Positions 1 through 10,510 of a stretch of DNA of 64,000 nucleotides are shown piece by piece. The notes beneath the pieces were generated by a model that did no database searches, was not told the DNA's origin, and was given only the letters and a program-made list of their open reading frames with translations. Where the stretch lies: assembly GCA_017445475.1 (NCBI GenBank), contig JAFSUB010000018.1, forward strand, positions 47,089-111,088. The letters run 5' to 3'. The stretch is from Alphaproteobacteria bacterium (lineage in GTDB: Bacteria; Pseudomonadota; Alphaproteobacteria; RF32; CAG-239). Positions within the stretch are counted from its first letter, which is position 1, and the number at the start of each line of letters is the position of its first letter. The position numbers were made by a program, and so were the translations under genes.

Positions 1-49
1 ACAAGTAAAAATTTAGACGGCTTAAAATTTTTCATGAATATTTCTCCTA

Positions 50-1570
50 TTATTCTTTGAGTTGCATTGTTCGTCTATAATTCAATGCTTCAGCTATGTG
101 CATCTTATGCACTTTTTTTTCGTTTTGCAAGTCCGCAATTGTTCTTGCTAACCGCAATGTGCGGTGATAACCGCGTGCCGAAAGTTTGAGCTTGTCGGCA
201 AAATCAATTAAGAGCTGACGTGCGTCAGGCTCCAACTCAACGGCGTCTTCAAGCAAATTACCCGAAAGTTGCGCGTTTGTCAAAAGATTTATTTGCCCAA
301 AACGCTCGAAGCGTTCTTTTTGAATTTTTCGTGCCGCGACAACGCGCGACAAAACAGTTTGGGACGACTCGCCCTTTCTTTTTTCAAAAATATCCCACGG
401 GGAAACGGGCGGAACATAAACATTTATGTCGATTCTATCCATCAACGGTCCCGAAATTTTGGATTGATACTCTGCGCCGCATTTAGGTGCTTTCGGACAT
501 TCCTGACCGGCTTGCCCCAAAAAACCGCATCTGCAAGGATTCATCGCGGCAATTAATTGAAATTTTGCCGGATAGGTGTGATGATATTCCGCGCGCGAAA
601 TGCTGATTTTTCCGTTTTCGAGCGGTTGGCGCAGAGCTTCCAGTGTTGCACGGTTAAATTCCGGCAACTCGTCTAAAAACAAAACACCGTTATGTGCAAG
701 CGAAATTTCTCCCGGTTGAGCCTTCTTGCCGCCGCCGACAAGGGCAGGGGTTGACGCACTGTGGTGCGGACTGCGATAGGGCCGCTCAAAATTGAGCTCA
801 CCATCTTTAAGCACACCGGCAACAGAGTGAATGATGCTTGTTTCAAGAGCTTCGATGGGCGTTAAGGGCGGCAAAATGGAAGTAAGCCTTGAAGCCAGCA
901 TTGATTTTCCGGCGCCCGGCGGGCCGATCATCAGCATATTATGTGAACCTGCCGCGGCAATTTCGAGTGCGCGTTTGGCACTTTCCTGCCCCTTAATATC
1001 CGCTAAATCAAGTTTGTTTGCTTCAAGGGTGCGCACTTTTTTGTTTGGAAAAGGCAGGGTTTGAATGCCCTTAAAATGGTTAATCAGTGAAAGCAAATCA
1101 GGTGCGGCGACAATGTTTTTAAGACCGCTCCAAGCCGCTTCGCTTCCCTGGGCAAACGGGCAAATCAAACCTTTGTCGTCCTCATTTGCTTTGATTGCAA
1201 CGGGCAAAACGCCGTTGATGGGCATAAGCGAGCCGTCAAGGCCGAGCTCGCCCAAAACGAGATATTGACACAATTCTTCCTGTGGCAAAATTTGCATGGC
1301 ACAAAGCAAGCCGCAAGCTATTGCTAAATCAAAATGCGAACCTTCTTTAAGCAAATCCGCCGGTGCCAAATTGATGGTGATTCGTTTGGCCGGAAAAGAA
1401 ATGCCGATGGCTTCGAAAGCAGCCCTGACGCGCTCTTTGCTTTCGGCAATGGTTTTATCGGGCAGACCGACAATAGCAAAAGCTGGGATTCCCGCGCTCA
1501 TCTGCACCTGCAAGTCAACATCTAAAACGTCAAGTCCGCTGAAAGCGATTGTGTTTATTCTCGCTTGCAT
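50..1570 (-). CDS. comM: YifB/ComM family Mg-chelatase-like AAA+ ATPase
   Basis: N-terminal ChlI/Lon-like domain (IVGLPD..ESKERV, RITINLAPADLLKEGSHFDLAIA), Walker A GPPGAGKS, PGEISLAHNGVLFLDE, LSARGYHR C-terminus. Confidence 0.92.
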   Translation of the reverse strand: MQARINTIAFSGLDVLDVDLQVQMSAGIPAFAIVGLPDKTIAESKERVRAAFEAIGISFPAKRITINLAPADLLKEGSHFDLAIACGLLCAMQILPQEELCQYLVLGELGLDGSLMPINGVLPVAIKANEDDKGLICPFAQGSEAAWSGLKNIVAAPDLLSLINHFKGIQTLPFPNKKVRTLEANKLDLADIKGQESAKRALEIAAAGSHNMLMIGPPGAGKSMLASRLTSILPPLTPIEALETSIIHSVAGVLKDGELNFERPYRSPHHSASTPALVGGGKKAQPGEISLAHNGVLFLDELPEFNRATLEALRQPLENGKISISRAEYHHTYPAKFQLIAAMNPCRCGFLGQAGQECPKAPKCGAEYQSKISGPLMDRIDINVYVPPVSPWDIFEKRKGESSQTVLSRVVAARKIQKERFERFGQINLLTNAQLSGNLLEDAVELEPDARQLLIDFADKLKLSARGYHRTLRLARTIADLQNEKKVHKMHIAEALNYRRTMQLKE

Positions 1571-1576
1571 TTTTTT

Positions 1577-1909
1577 CTACCACCTCGGAACCGTATCATC
1601 GTTTCGCCAACGTCTTGTGGGATATTGCCCTTCTTTTAAGAAATCTGCCGGCGCCGTAACTTTCGGAACATCTTTGAGCTGAACATAACCTTGTTTTTCA
1701 AGTGCTAAAGCACATTCTTCGGCCGTAAAATCGGCACTTGCGTAGCAATAAGCAATGTTTCGCGTGTATAAATTTTCAAGCGCAATCACCTTGTGGCGGT
1801 AAGCCGGAATGGTTTGCACCTGCGGCATTTCTTCTTGCTTTTGACGCCGCGCGCAAGCCGTTAATGCAACGCACAACAAAAAAAGCCATAACACTTTGAG
1901 ATGTTTCAT
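1577..1909 (-). CDS. Hypothetical lipoprotein
   Basis: Start at MKHLKVLWLFLLCVALTAC (lipobox LTA-C) after an AAGGAAAG SD; ends 6 nt before the comM start. Confidence 0.75.
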   Translation of the reverse strand: MKHLKVLWLFLLCVALTACARRQKQEEMPQVQTIPAYRHKVIALENLYTRNIAYCYASADFTAEECALALEKQGYVQLKDVPKVTAPADFLKEGQYPTRRWRNDDTVPRW

Positions 1910-2021
1910 ATCTTCTTTCCTTAAAAAACAAATCTTTGCTCTAAAGAATACGCCCAATTTATTAACATAATCTTTATAAGTGCGGGGGATTTTGAAGTTG
2001 TTTTTGCTTTCAAAAAAAATC

Positions 2022-2039
2022 TTATCCCCATAATTCACA
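2022..2039 (+). promoter_or_regulatory. Two possible degenerate DnaA boxes upstream of dnaB
   Basis: TTATCCCCA and TAATTCACA adjacent, each about 1 mismatch to TTWTNCACA. Confidence 0.3.
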
Positions 2040-2124
2040 AGCGGCGGATTTTTTTCAAGCGTTTTGAAAAAAAATATATCAAAAAGAAATTTGAAAAAAA
2101 ACTTTTAAACGGACGCAATAAAAA

Positions 2125-3597
2125 ATGGACAAGCCTGATTTTGAAAAACTACCCAAAAACATTGAAGCCGAACAAGCTTTAATCGGTGCAATTCTTGCAA
2201 ACAACAAAGCTTTCGAAAAAGTGGCGGATTTTTTGAAACCGAAGCATTTTGCCGATTCCACGCACGCCAAAATTTTTGAGGTTGTTTCAAACCTGATTAT
2301 GCGCGACAGGGCGGCCGATGTGATTACGCTTAAAAACTATTTTGAGCAGCAGGGCTCTTTGGAGGAAGTGGGCGGAATAAACTATTTAATCAAGCTTGCC
2401 GACAGCGCTTCGCCGATGACAAACGTTGAATATTACGGGCAGTTTATTTATGACAAATATCTTCGGCGCGAACTCATAGACACAGGCTACAACATCGTGA
2501 ACAGCGCTTTAACCGAAAGCGCCGAACTTGGTGCCATTGAGCAGATTGAACAGGCTGAACAGCAGCTGTTTTTAATTGCCGATCAGGGTGATGTTCAGGG
2601 CGATTTTATTGATTTTTCGAAGGCTTTAGGTTCAACGCTCGGATACATTGAACAAGCCTTCCAGCGCGACAGCAAACTTTCGGGTCTGCCGACGGGTTTG
2701 GAACAGCTTGACAGACGTTTGGGCGGGTTGACGAAATCAAACCTGATTATCATTGCGGGGCGTCCGTCTATGGGTAAAACGGCGCTTGTAACCAATATTG
2801 CCTATAATGTGGCGGAATTTATGAGCCGCGAAAAAAGTCTGGACAGCAGGGAAAAAGGTGTTGCGTTTTTTTCGCTTGAGATGAGCTCTGACGAACTTGC
2901 GTCACGCATTTTATCAACGGTTACGCAAACACCGGGGCAGAATATGCGCACCGGTGAGATAAACAATGCCGAGTTCACACGCATTGCCGCCGCCGTTCGT
3001 GAGCTTGAAAATATTCCGCTTTATATTGATGACACGCCGGGGCTCACGATTAACGCAATTCGCACACGCGCGCGGCGTTTGAAGCGCACCAAAGGTTTGG
3101 GGCTGATTGTGATTGATTATATTCAGCTGATTTCCGGCTCTTCAAAACGTGGTGAAGCGAATCGGGTGCAGGAACTTTCCGAAATTTCGCGCGGGCTTAA
3201 AATCTTGGCAAAAGAGCTTGACGTGCCCGTTATTGCGCTATCACAGCTCAACCGCGGGGTTGAATCGAGAGAAGACAAACGCCCCTTAATGTCTGATTTG
3301 CGCGATTCGGGTTCTATTGAGCAAGATGCCGATGTGGTGATGTTTGTTTTCAGAGAAAACTACTACATCAAAAACGAGCAGCCCAAGCAAAAACAAAACG
3401 AAACGCCGGAGCATTTCGAGCAAAGAATCCTTGAATGGCAAAAGCGCGACCGCGACACGGCAAATCTGGCCGAAGTGATTGTCGGTAAACAACGTCATGG
3501 GCCGATTGGCACTGTTAAGCTGTTTTGGAACGGGCAATATGCACAGTTTTCCAACTTGGCAAATGAAGACGCATTGCCCGAACAAATCGGCGGATAA
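2125..3597 (+). CDS. dnaB: Replicative DNA helicase DnaB
   Basis: P.NIEAEQALIG, GRPSMGKT, FFSLEMS, IVIDYIQL, SDLRDSGSIEQDAD, KQRHGP motifs. Confidence 0.98.
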   Translation: MDKPDFEKLPKNIEAEQALIGAILANNKAFEKVADFLKPKHFADSTHAKIFEVVSNLIMRDRAADVITLKNYFEQQGSLEEVGGINYLIKLADSASPMTNVEYYGQFIYDKYLRRELIDTGYNIVNSALTESAELGAIEQIEQAEQQLFLIADQGDVQGDFIDFSKALGSTLGYIEQAFQRDSKLSGLPTGLEQLDRRLGGLTKSNLIIIAGRPSMGKTALVTNIAYNVAEFMSREKSLDSREKGVAFFSLEMSSDELASRILSTVTQTPGQNMRTGEINNAEFTRIAAAVRELENIPLYIDDTPGLTINAIRTRARRLKRTKGLGLIVIDYIQLISGSSKRGEANRVQELSEISRGLKILAKELDVPVIALSQLNRGVESREDKRPLMSDLRDSGSIEQDADVVMFVFRENYYIKNEQPKQKQNETPEHFEQRILEWQKRDRDTANLAEVIVGKQRHGPIGTVKLFWNGQYAQFSNLANEDALPEQIGG

Positions 3598-3720
3598 GGG
3601 TGTTTTTGTTCAAAGCTGCGTTCACAGCTAAAAAAATACGCTTGACATTTATGAATATTTAAGGTAGGGCTTAAGTTAACTACTTATTTGCCAACGTATT
3701 AAAATGAAAGGAACAAAGCC

Positions 3721-6700
3721 ATGTTTAAGCATTTGTCGCGGGTGCTGTTTGTAAGTGCCGTTTTTTTTAGTTTGTGTCTTTTTGAAGCGCGTGCTCAAGA
3801 GGCCGAACATTCGTATATTTTTGAAGAGGGCGCCGACCCTGATTTTCCCATCACTTTGTATCAAACGCTTCAAGACGGAACCCTTACGTCTAAAGATTAT
3901 ACGCTTGTTTTCAAAAATGCGTTTGGTGATGCACAGGGAAGCAAGGCTCTTTTTTATCGTTGGAACACATCGCCGCAAAACGGATATTTGCAAAGCGTTG
4001 CAGATGAAAATTTGGCAAGGTTGATTTTCAGGTATAAAGATGCGGCTTCTTATGCCAAAGTTTATAACATGGGAGAAGTTGTTGTTGATGTGCCGACAAA
4101 TCCTTATATTATCGCCGCTGCAATAAATTTGGGCGCGGGGCAGACGGCATCGTTTGATAACTATCTTTTTGAAAACAACCATATTAAGGCAAAAAAGGAA
4201 AGCGGTTATTCAACAGTCTTGGCGGGTTTGATTTATAACAACGAAACTGCCACAATCACATCGTTGAGCGCAGATTTTGTTAAAAACAGCTTTTCTCACG
4301 CCTCGGGAAGTTCTGTAAATTTTATTGGCGGCGTTATGGTAAATGACGGCAAAATTGAAAAATTTAAGGGAAATTTTGTTGAAAATATAAGTGTAAGTGA
4401 TTCCGCAATCCTTTTTAACAGGGGCGAAATCGGTTTGATTGAAGCAAACTTTATTCATAATTACGCTGATGCTTCTTATGTGTTTGGCGGAGCCGTAAAC
4501 AACAGTGGTAAGATTGATTCAATTAAAGGGGCGTTTATCGGCAATTATGCTGCAGGGAATCAGTATTCTCCATCATGGGGCGCCGTAATGTATAACGGAG
4601 GAACCATCGGGGAGATTGCAGCCGATTTTATCGGTAACGGGACTTTTGATACGGGTAATATTTATTCCGTTTCGTATTTCAGAGGCGGCGCAATAGCTAA
4701 TATGAGGACAATCGGCTCGGTTAAGGGCGATTTTATTAAAAACCAAGCCCGTGAAGGGGGGGCAATATTTTTGGAGGGCAGTCATTCAAAAATAGATTCA
4801 ATTTACGGAAGATTTATTGAAAATCAGGCGGTTGATGGGGGAGCGATTAATGTGGCAGCAGATGCAGTGATTGAGTTGATAGAGGCGGACTTTATTTCCA
4901 ACACGGCAAACTATGGAGGTGCTATTCAAGTTACGGGTGACATTAAAAGCCTTTCGGGAAATTTTTTTGGCAACAAGGCGGTTGCGCCGGATGAATACGG
5001 GGAGTCGATAGGTGGCGCCATATATCTCGTCCGAGGAAACGTCAACATTGTTGGCAATGCGCGTTCATCAACTTTTCGCGGAAACTATCATGAAAAAAAC
5101 GGAGAGCGTATATATAATGCAATATGGGTTGAAGGCGGAAAATTATCTTTAACGGCAAAAAACGGCGGTTCAGTCAATATGTATGACGGCATTGTTTCTT
5201 TGCCATTAGCAGAGATTCTCTTAACGGGTGATTCATCGGGAACAATCAACCTTTATGCCGATATAAAAGACGGAAAAGTCACAACCGAAAACGATTTCAA
5301 ATTTAACACGGCAAATGATGAGTTGTTCACATACGGTTTTTCATCATTAACTTCCGATGAAAAGACAAAATATTTCATTGATGTTGATGCACAGGCTCAA
5401 GAATCGGATGTGTTCAAAACAACCGAGCAATCTTCAGGTAAAGTAACTTTGCACGGTTTGCAATTTAAAAATCTTGATGTTGAAAATTTGCCGAGCAGTG
5501 CTTTCTTGGTTCAGGTTCTTCAAACGCAAGATGATAATTTGCAGCTTGCTTTAGGCGTGGGGCAGGCAGGTCAAACCTCTTATAAAATCGGTGAGGCGTT
5601 TGCATCTGTGGAATTTGACACAATCAACGCTTCAACAAAATGGGCGGAAGATTATTATCAAAAAACGCTTTTTTATGACATTATCGGCTCGCTTTCACTT
5701 GCAACCAAAGACACGACAAACGACAGTTTGGGTGTTAAAATAGAGCGTGTGGAAGACGGCGCTGTTAAAAAAACAATGATGGGCGACACATTGGCGCTTG
5801 TGGCCGGTTCCGATTTAGCAAACAAAACGTTTTTTGCAGGCAGCGCTTCAGATGAATATGTTTTTGCAAAGCGCTTTGAAGATGAAAATCCGAGCGAATT
5901 TGTTGAAGGTGTGGGCGATGTTGTCGGTGAGTTGAATGTTTCGGGCGTGATTTCGGGCGATTTGCGCTCAAAGCTCAACCTTAATCAAAGAAAAGGTTTT
6001 TCATTAACCGCGCCGTCGGCCTTGACGCTTTCAAACATTGAAATTACGAATGCAACCGATTTTGTTGTTGACAACGTCACGGTTGACCGCTCGCTCATGC
6101 TTCTTAATGCCAATCTTAAAAACAACATTACAGATGACAAAGCAGTGATTAATGCGTTTGATGGTGGTAATGTTGTGATTAAGGCAGACGGTGCAGACAG
6201 TGTTTTTGACAATCCTGCGGCGCGTGCCGGTGTTGATATAGATGGCGGAATGCTTGATTTGCAAACGCAAAACGGCGGCAACATTGTTTTTAACGACAAA
6301 ATCACGGGAAATTTATATAATGTTTCGGTTGACAGCGACGAAAAAGGCAAGATTCGCTTTAATAAAAACGTGACGGGCGCTGATGTTTTTTCAATCACGG
6401 AAAACAGCAACATTGCGCTCGGCGTTGAAGCCGTTGTTAATGCCGAAAACATTTTTGCTTTGGGAGAGAGTGTGTTTTTAACAATTGATGCAGAGGTTGA
6501 CAGACAAAACAACACCATCAACACGGGCAAGCTCCAAGCTTCAACCGATTTGGAAGGAAAGTTTGCCATTATCGTTAATTCGCTCAATCCCTATAAGCTT
6601 GATGATGATAACGATGCAATCACACCGTTCTTGTTTGCGCCGAATGATGATTTGTCAACTCAAACGGAAGTTTTTGTTTCACGCGTTTTGGGAAGCCCCT

Positions 6701-7728
6701 ATATGTGGGAGGCTTTGCTCAACGCAAGAGGCGAAACAGCCGGCTCAACGTGGTATTTGGCAATGCGCGGGAACGAGAATGGCGGAAACGAAGTTGCCCC
6801 CGAGGTTTTGGGCGCAATCGGCTTGCACGAAAGTGCCATTGAGCAAACAAGAAGTGTGGCGCGCAACATTTCTTCAAAGCTTGCCGCACGAAAAGAATGT
6901 GTCGGGGGCTGCGGCGTTTATGACCATGCTTATAACGGCGAAAAACTTTCCAATGCGTGGGTTTTGATTGAAGGTCAAACGGCAGATGTTAAAAAGCCGG
7001 TTGATGTTGATGTGAAAACCAAAGGTATTGACGCCGGTTTTGATGTGCAAAGCGACGCGCACAACAACCTCGGTGTGTTCGGCTCATACATCAAAGGCCG
7101 CCACAATATGAGCGGAAAAGGCAAAAAAGTGTATTCAACCATTGGTGCAAAAGCAGATATTGAAAGCTTTTTGGCCGGTTTGTATTATCGCTTTGATAAA
7201 AACTATAATTTTTTGTTTGCAAGTGTTTACGGCGGTGTTTTACAAGCCAAAGTAAAAAGCAAAGACGGGCTTGCCAAGCTTAAAACAGACGGCGTTGAGC
7301 TCGGTGCGGCACTTGAGGCCGGCAGAACGCTGTTGCTTTCAAAACATGTGTCGCTCACACCGATGGTTGGCCTGTATTTTATGCAAATAGATTTTGATGC
7401 AACAAAAGACAATGTGGGCAAACATTATCGCTTTGACAACATCAAACATCTGGAAGCCGAGCTTGCTTTAAGGCTTGCCAGAGATTTTGCAAACGGCAAT
7501 GTTTATGTTCAGCCGGCTGTTGTTCAAAACATTACGCGAAACGATAAAATAAAGATAACAGACATTCAAAAACAGCCGACATATCATGACCAAACTTTAG
7601 GTCGTCTTGAAGTCGGCGGGCGTTATGATTTGGGTGAACAACTTTCGGGCTATATAAGCGGAAAATACACCTTCGGCTCAAATTATCGCTCACTGGCGGG
7701 AACGCTTGGTCTGTCATACGCATTTTAG
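3721..7728 (+). CDS. Autotransporter outer-membrane protein with Pmp-like GGAI/FxxN repeats
   Basis: Signal peptide; repeated FIxN...GGAI motifs; ~300-aa C-terminal beta-barrel ending LGLSYAF. Confidence 0.88.
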   Translation: MFKHLSRVLFVSAVFFSLCLFEARAQEAEHSYIFEEGADPDFPITLYQTLQDGTLTSKDYTLVFKNAFGDAQGSKALFYRWNTSPQNGYLQSVADENLARLIFRYKDAASYAKVYNMGEVVVDVPTNPYIIAAAINLGAGQTASFDNYLFENNHIKAKKESGYSTVLAGLIYNNETATITSLSADFVKNSFSHASGSSVNFIGGVMVNDGKIEKFKGNFVENISVSDSAILFNRGEIGLIEANFIHNYADASYVFGGAVNNSGKIDSIKGAFIGNYAAGNQYSPSWGAVMYNGGTIGEIAADFIGNGTFDTGNIYSVSYFRGGAIANMRTIGSVKGDFIKNQAREGGAIFLEGSHSKIDSIYGRFIENQAVDGGAINVAADAVIELIEADFISNTANYGGAIQVTGDIKSLSGNFFGNKAVAPDEYGESIGGAIYLVRGNVNIVGNARSSTFRGNYHEKNGERIYNAIWVEGGKLSLTAKNGGSVNMYDGIVSLPLAEILLTGDSSGTINLYADIKDGKVTTENDFKFNTANDELFTYGFSSLTSDEKTKYFIDVDAQAQESDVFKTTEQSSGKVTLHGLQFKNLDVENLPSSAFLVQVLQTQDDNLQLALGVGQAGQTSYKIGEAFASVEFDTINASTKWAEDYYQKTLFYDIIGSLSLATKDTTNDSLGVKIERVEDGAVKKTMMGDTLALVAGSDLANKTFFAGSASDEYVFAKRFEDENPSEFVEGVGDVVGELNVSGVISGDLRSKLNLNQRKGFSLTAPSALTLSNIEITNATDFVVDNVTVDRSLMLLNANLKNNITDDKAVINAFDGGNVVIKADGADSVFDNPAARAGVDIDGGMLDLQTQNGGNIVFNDKITGNLYNVSVDSDEKGKIRFNKNVTGADVFSITENSNIALGVEAVVNAENIFALGESVFLTIDAEVDRQNNTINTGKLQASTDLEGKFAIIVNSLNPYKLDDDNDAITPFLFAPNDDLSTQTEVFVSRVLGSPYMWEALLNARGETAGSTWYLAMRGNENGGNEVAPEVLGAIGLHESAIEQTRSVARNISSKLAARKECVGGCGVYDHAYNGEKLSNAWVLIEGQTADVKKPVDVDVKTKGIDAGFDVQSDAHNNLGVFGSYIKGRHNMSGKGKKVYSTIGAKADIESFLAGLYYRFDKNYNFLFASVYGGVLQAKVKSKDGLAKLKTDGVELGAALEAGRTLLLSKHVSLTPMVGLYFMQIDFDATKDNVGKHYRFDNIKHLEAELALRLARDFANGNVYVQPAVVQNITRNDKIKITDIQKQPTYHDQTLGRLEVGGRYDLGEQLSGYISGKYTFGSNYRSLAGTLGLSYAF

Positions 7729-7788
7729 AGCAAAATAAACGCTTTGAAATACTCCTAAATGTCAAGTCCTTTCAGTTCAAAGCGTTTA

Positions 7789-7821
7789 GAGGCACTCCTT
7801 AAAAAAGAGTGCCTCGGTTTT
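7789..7821 (+). terminator. Intrinsic terminator of the autotransporter gene
   Basis: GAGGCACTC-loop-GAGTGCCTC then GGTTTT. Confidence 0.65.
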
Positions 7822-7899
7822 AAAATAACACTTGCTTTTTTGAAAAAATGAGCATAGAAAATAGCTTTCAAAGATAATCATTTAAGAGGAGATGTTTTT

Positions 7900-8139
7900 A
7901 TGCCTTCAGTTGTTAACAGTAGCTGTATTAAATGCAGAGCATGCGCGAGCGTTTGCCCCGTTGATGCTTTCCATGAGTGCCAAGACCAATTGGTTGTTGA
8001 TCCTGACGTTTGCATCGATTGCGGCGTTTGCATTTCGGAATGTCCGCAGGAAGCCATTTCAAACGATGCGGATGCGGCACCGGAAGTGGTTAAATTTAAT
8101 GCAGAACAAGCCAAAATTTGCCCCAACGCAAATGATTAA
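7900..8139 (+). CDS. fdxA: 4Fe-4S dicluster ferredoxin
   Basis: CIKCRACASVCP and CIDCGVCISECP motifs; AGGAGA SD. Confidence 0.93.
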   Translation: MPSVVNSSCIKCRACASVCPVDAFHECQDQLVVDPDVCIDCGVCISECPQEAISNDADAAPEVVKFNAEQAKICPNAND

Positions 8140-8158
8140 GGCTCAAAAATTTTAAGCT

Positions 8159-8191
8159 AAAAAACCTTGAGGGTGTGCCTTGAGGTTTTTC
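8159..8191. terminator. Bidirectional terminator between convergent genes
   Basis: AAAAACCTTGAGG-loop-CCTTGAGGTTTTT with G-U pairs. Confidence 0.55.
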
Positions 8192-8192
8192 T

Positions 8193-8432
8193 TTAAAAGA
8201 ACATGGCCTGCGCGATGATGCCATTGATGGCGTTGAGCTGCTCGGTGAGCTTTTCAATGTCGCCAAACTCGGTGTCCATCACAACATGAATCAGGCGGAT
8301 GTTTCTCTTTTCATAAGGCATGCCCATGCGGCTGATAATACAATTTGAAAAGTGGTGTAAAAGGGCATTTACTTCGGGTATGCTTTCATACTTTTCGACC
8401 AAAATGCCCAATGTTGCGATTTGTTTAGTCAT
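8193..8432 (-). CDS. TM1266-family (iron-only hydrogenase system regulator, ACT-like) protein
   Basis: IATLGILVE..VNALLH....IISRMGMPY...I.LI pattern; GAGGAG SD; overlaps the antiporter stop. Confidence 0.8.
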   Translation of the reverse strand: MTKQIATLGILVEKYESIPEVNALLHHFSNCIISRMGMPYEKRNIRLIHVVMDTEFGDIEKLTEQLNAINGIIAQAMFF

Positions 8433-10347
8433 TTTTATTCTCCTCAAGGTTGTTTTCAAATAAAGATTCTCCGTTTAGGTTTTTTAAGAATTGGTTTTCG
8501 ATTTTTAAATATTGGTTTAACAGCCATTTTGATTGGCTGATGATAAAAAGCGAAATTAAAAGAAAGATTAGAGTAACTTTTGTGTTTTCCGTTAAAAACT
8601 GATGAATCGCCGTTGCTATAAAAAACATGACAAGCAAAATTCGAAAACTTGTTAAAAGCAAAAGCGGTAAGCGGTTCACGGTTTTGGTATACCATAAAAG
8701 CGTGTATATTTTTGAAATGCGATTGTTCGATGTGAGAAGGTTTTTAACCGTTTCTTTGTGCGTTTCCAAAAGGTTTTTCAAAAAAGATTTTTCTTTAAGA
8801 CACTGCGACGACAGGTTCGTTTCATCGCAGACAAGTGGTTCTTCCGGCTTTGTTTTGTCGGTGCGCTTTAAGATGTTTTTGACAATCCCGACAAATGAAA
8901 AATTCCATCCGAGCAAAGCTTTCAAAAAAGGCGACATGGCAAGCAAAGATAAAAATGTTAATGTCAATCTTAAAACCATATTGGGCAGATAAGGCATAAA
9001 AAACGGGCGGATAAGTTGGCTGAAAAGTGCGATGATGGTTGATAAAATCAGCGAAAAAATAATAATGCGCGTGAAATAGCTTTTAAACAAGGCGCGCCAC
9101 AGCTTTTTTTCCGTGACGGTCTCGGTGGCAGAAGTTGTGGCTTGATTGATGTAAAAATGCCACTTTTCGGGAATGATTTTATCAAGCAGTTTATAAACGG
9201 TGTTCGAAGATTTAATCATAATCGGCGTCAAAAAGGTTGTGATGACCGAAACGGCAACAATAATAGGATATACGAAAGTGTCTAAAACTTTCAAACTCAT
9301 TCCGAGAGCAGCAATAATAAACGCAAATTCACCAACTTGAGCAAGCGAAAAACCGCCCTGAACCGAAGTTTTTAAGTTTTGTCCCGAAACGGCAAATCCG
9401 AAAACAGATAAAACGGCTTTGCCGATTAAAACGACAAGCGTGATGATAAAAATCGGATAAGCATATATCACAAACATTTTTGGGTTGACCATCATGCCGA
9501 CACTCACAAAAAATACGGCGCCAAAAAAATCTTTGAGCGGCTTAATAACTGTTTCAATGCGTTCGATAACACCTGTTTCCGATAAAATCGAGCCCATGAT
9601 AAAAGCCCTTAAAGCGGATGAAAACCCCGAGTAAACAGCCAAGCAAACCATTGACAAGCTCAAAGCGACGGAAACCAGTAAAAGCATTTCATCGTTTAAA
9701 AAATCAGACAATCTTTTTAAAAGCGTCGGAATAATATAAATTCCCACGACAAAACATAAAATTAAAAACGCAAAAAGTTTGATGGCACTTAAACCAAGCT
9801 CTTCGCCGTCAATGCCTTTACCTATGGCAATCGTGGGCAGCAACACAAGAAGCAAAATGCCCATAATGTCTTCAATAATCAACACGCCGAAAACCAAATC
9901 GGTGAATTTTTGTTTTTTGATTTTTAAGTCGTCGAAAGCTTTGATGATGATGGTTGTCGATGACATCGAAATCATTGAGCCCAAAAAGAAACTGTCAACG
10001 GTGCTCCAGCCTAAAAACAAACCGACATAATAGCCGAAAAACAAAAGCAAAAAAATGTTAAGCAATGCCGTGAGAAGTGCGGATTTGCCAACGCTGACCA
10101 TTTTGTTGAAACTAAATTCAAGTCCAAGCGAAAAAAGCAAAAAAATCACACCGATATCCGCCCACAAATTGAGGTTTGTTGTCTCGGTAACGGTGGGCAG
10201 AAAATTAAGATGCGGCCCCGCAAAAATACCGGCAAGCAGATAGCCCAAAACAATCGGCTGCCTTAATTTTTTGAAAAGGAGAGTCGTGATGGCGGCATAA
10301 ACCGTGATGAGCGTTAAATCCGAAATAAGCGGGTGAAGACCGTGCAT
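8425..10347 (-). CDS. CPA2 family cation:proton antiporter (KefC/YbaL-like)
   Basis: QPIVLGYLLAG, IGVIFLLFSLGLEFS, MSSTTII, GVLIIED, FFVSVGM, LAQVGEFAFII. Confidence 0.92.
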   Translation of the reverse strand: MHGLHPLISDLTLITVYAAITTLLFKKLRQPIVLGYLLAGIFAGPHLNFLPTVTETTNLNLWADIGVIFLLFSLGLEFSFNKMVSVGKSALLTALLNIFLLLFFGYYVGLFLGWSTVDSFFLGSMISMSSTTIIIKAFDDLKIKKQKFTDLVFGVLIIEDIMGILLLVLLPTIAIGKGIDGEELGLSAIKLFAFLILCFVVGIYIIPTLLKRLSDFLNDEMLLLVSVALSLSMVCLAVYSGFSSALRAFIMGSILSETGVIERIETVIKPLKDFFGAVFFVSVGMMVNPKMFVIYAYPIFIITLVVLIGKAVLSVFGFAVSGQNLKTSVQGGFSLAQVGEFAFIIAALGMSLKVLDTFVYPIIVAVSVITTFLTPIMIKSSNTVYKLLDKIIPEKWHFYINQATTSATETVTEKKLWRALFKSYFTRIIIFSLILSTIIALFSQLIRPFFMPYLPNMVLRLTLTFLSLLAMSPFLKALLGWNFSFVGIVKNILKRTDKTKPEEPLVCDETNLSSQCLKEKSFLKNLLETHKETVKNLLTSNNRISKIYTLLWYTKTVNRLPLLLLTSFRILLVMFFIATAIHQFLTENTKVTLIFLLISLFIISQSKWLLNQYLKIENQFLKNLNGESLFENNLEENKND

Positions 10348-10447
10348 TTGAAACTTCCTTTTGTTTTGTTGTTCGGGATGTTGAAGCTTATAACAGGGAA
10401 ATATTAATATTTTTATAAATTACAAGAAAATTTCAAAAAAAAACACT

Positions 10448-10476
10448 CTTGCGAAGCGCTTTTGAAAATCCCATAT
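10448..10476 (+). promoter_or_regulatory. RpoH (sigma32)-type promoter of htpG
   Basis: CTTG-N18-CCCATAT, matching the alphaproteobacterial heat-shock consensus. Confidence 0.7.
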
Positions 10477-10510
10477 AAAGGGTATGTTTTAATTAAAGGA
10501 GATTGTTTTA

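Noticed and set aside
3659-3680. CtrA box upstream of the autotransporter
   Set aside because: The TTAA half-sites are 8 nt apart, not 7, in an AT-rich background.
9606-9610. Arg in place of the usual Gly in SSALRAF of the antiporter
   Set aside because: A single AGG versus GGG difference; it cannot be told from a sequencing error or neutral variant without reads.
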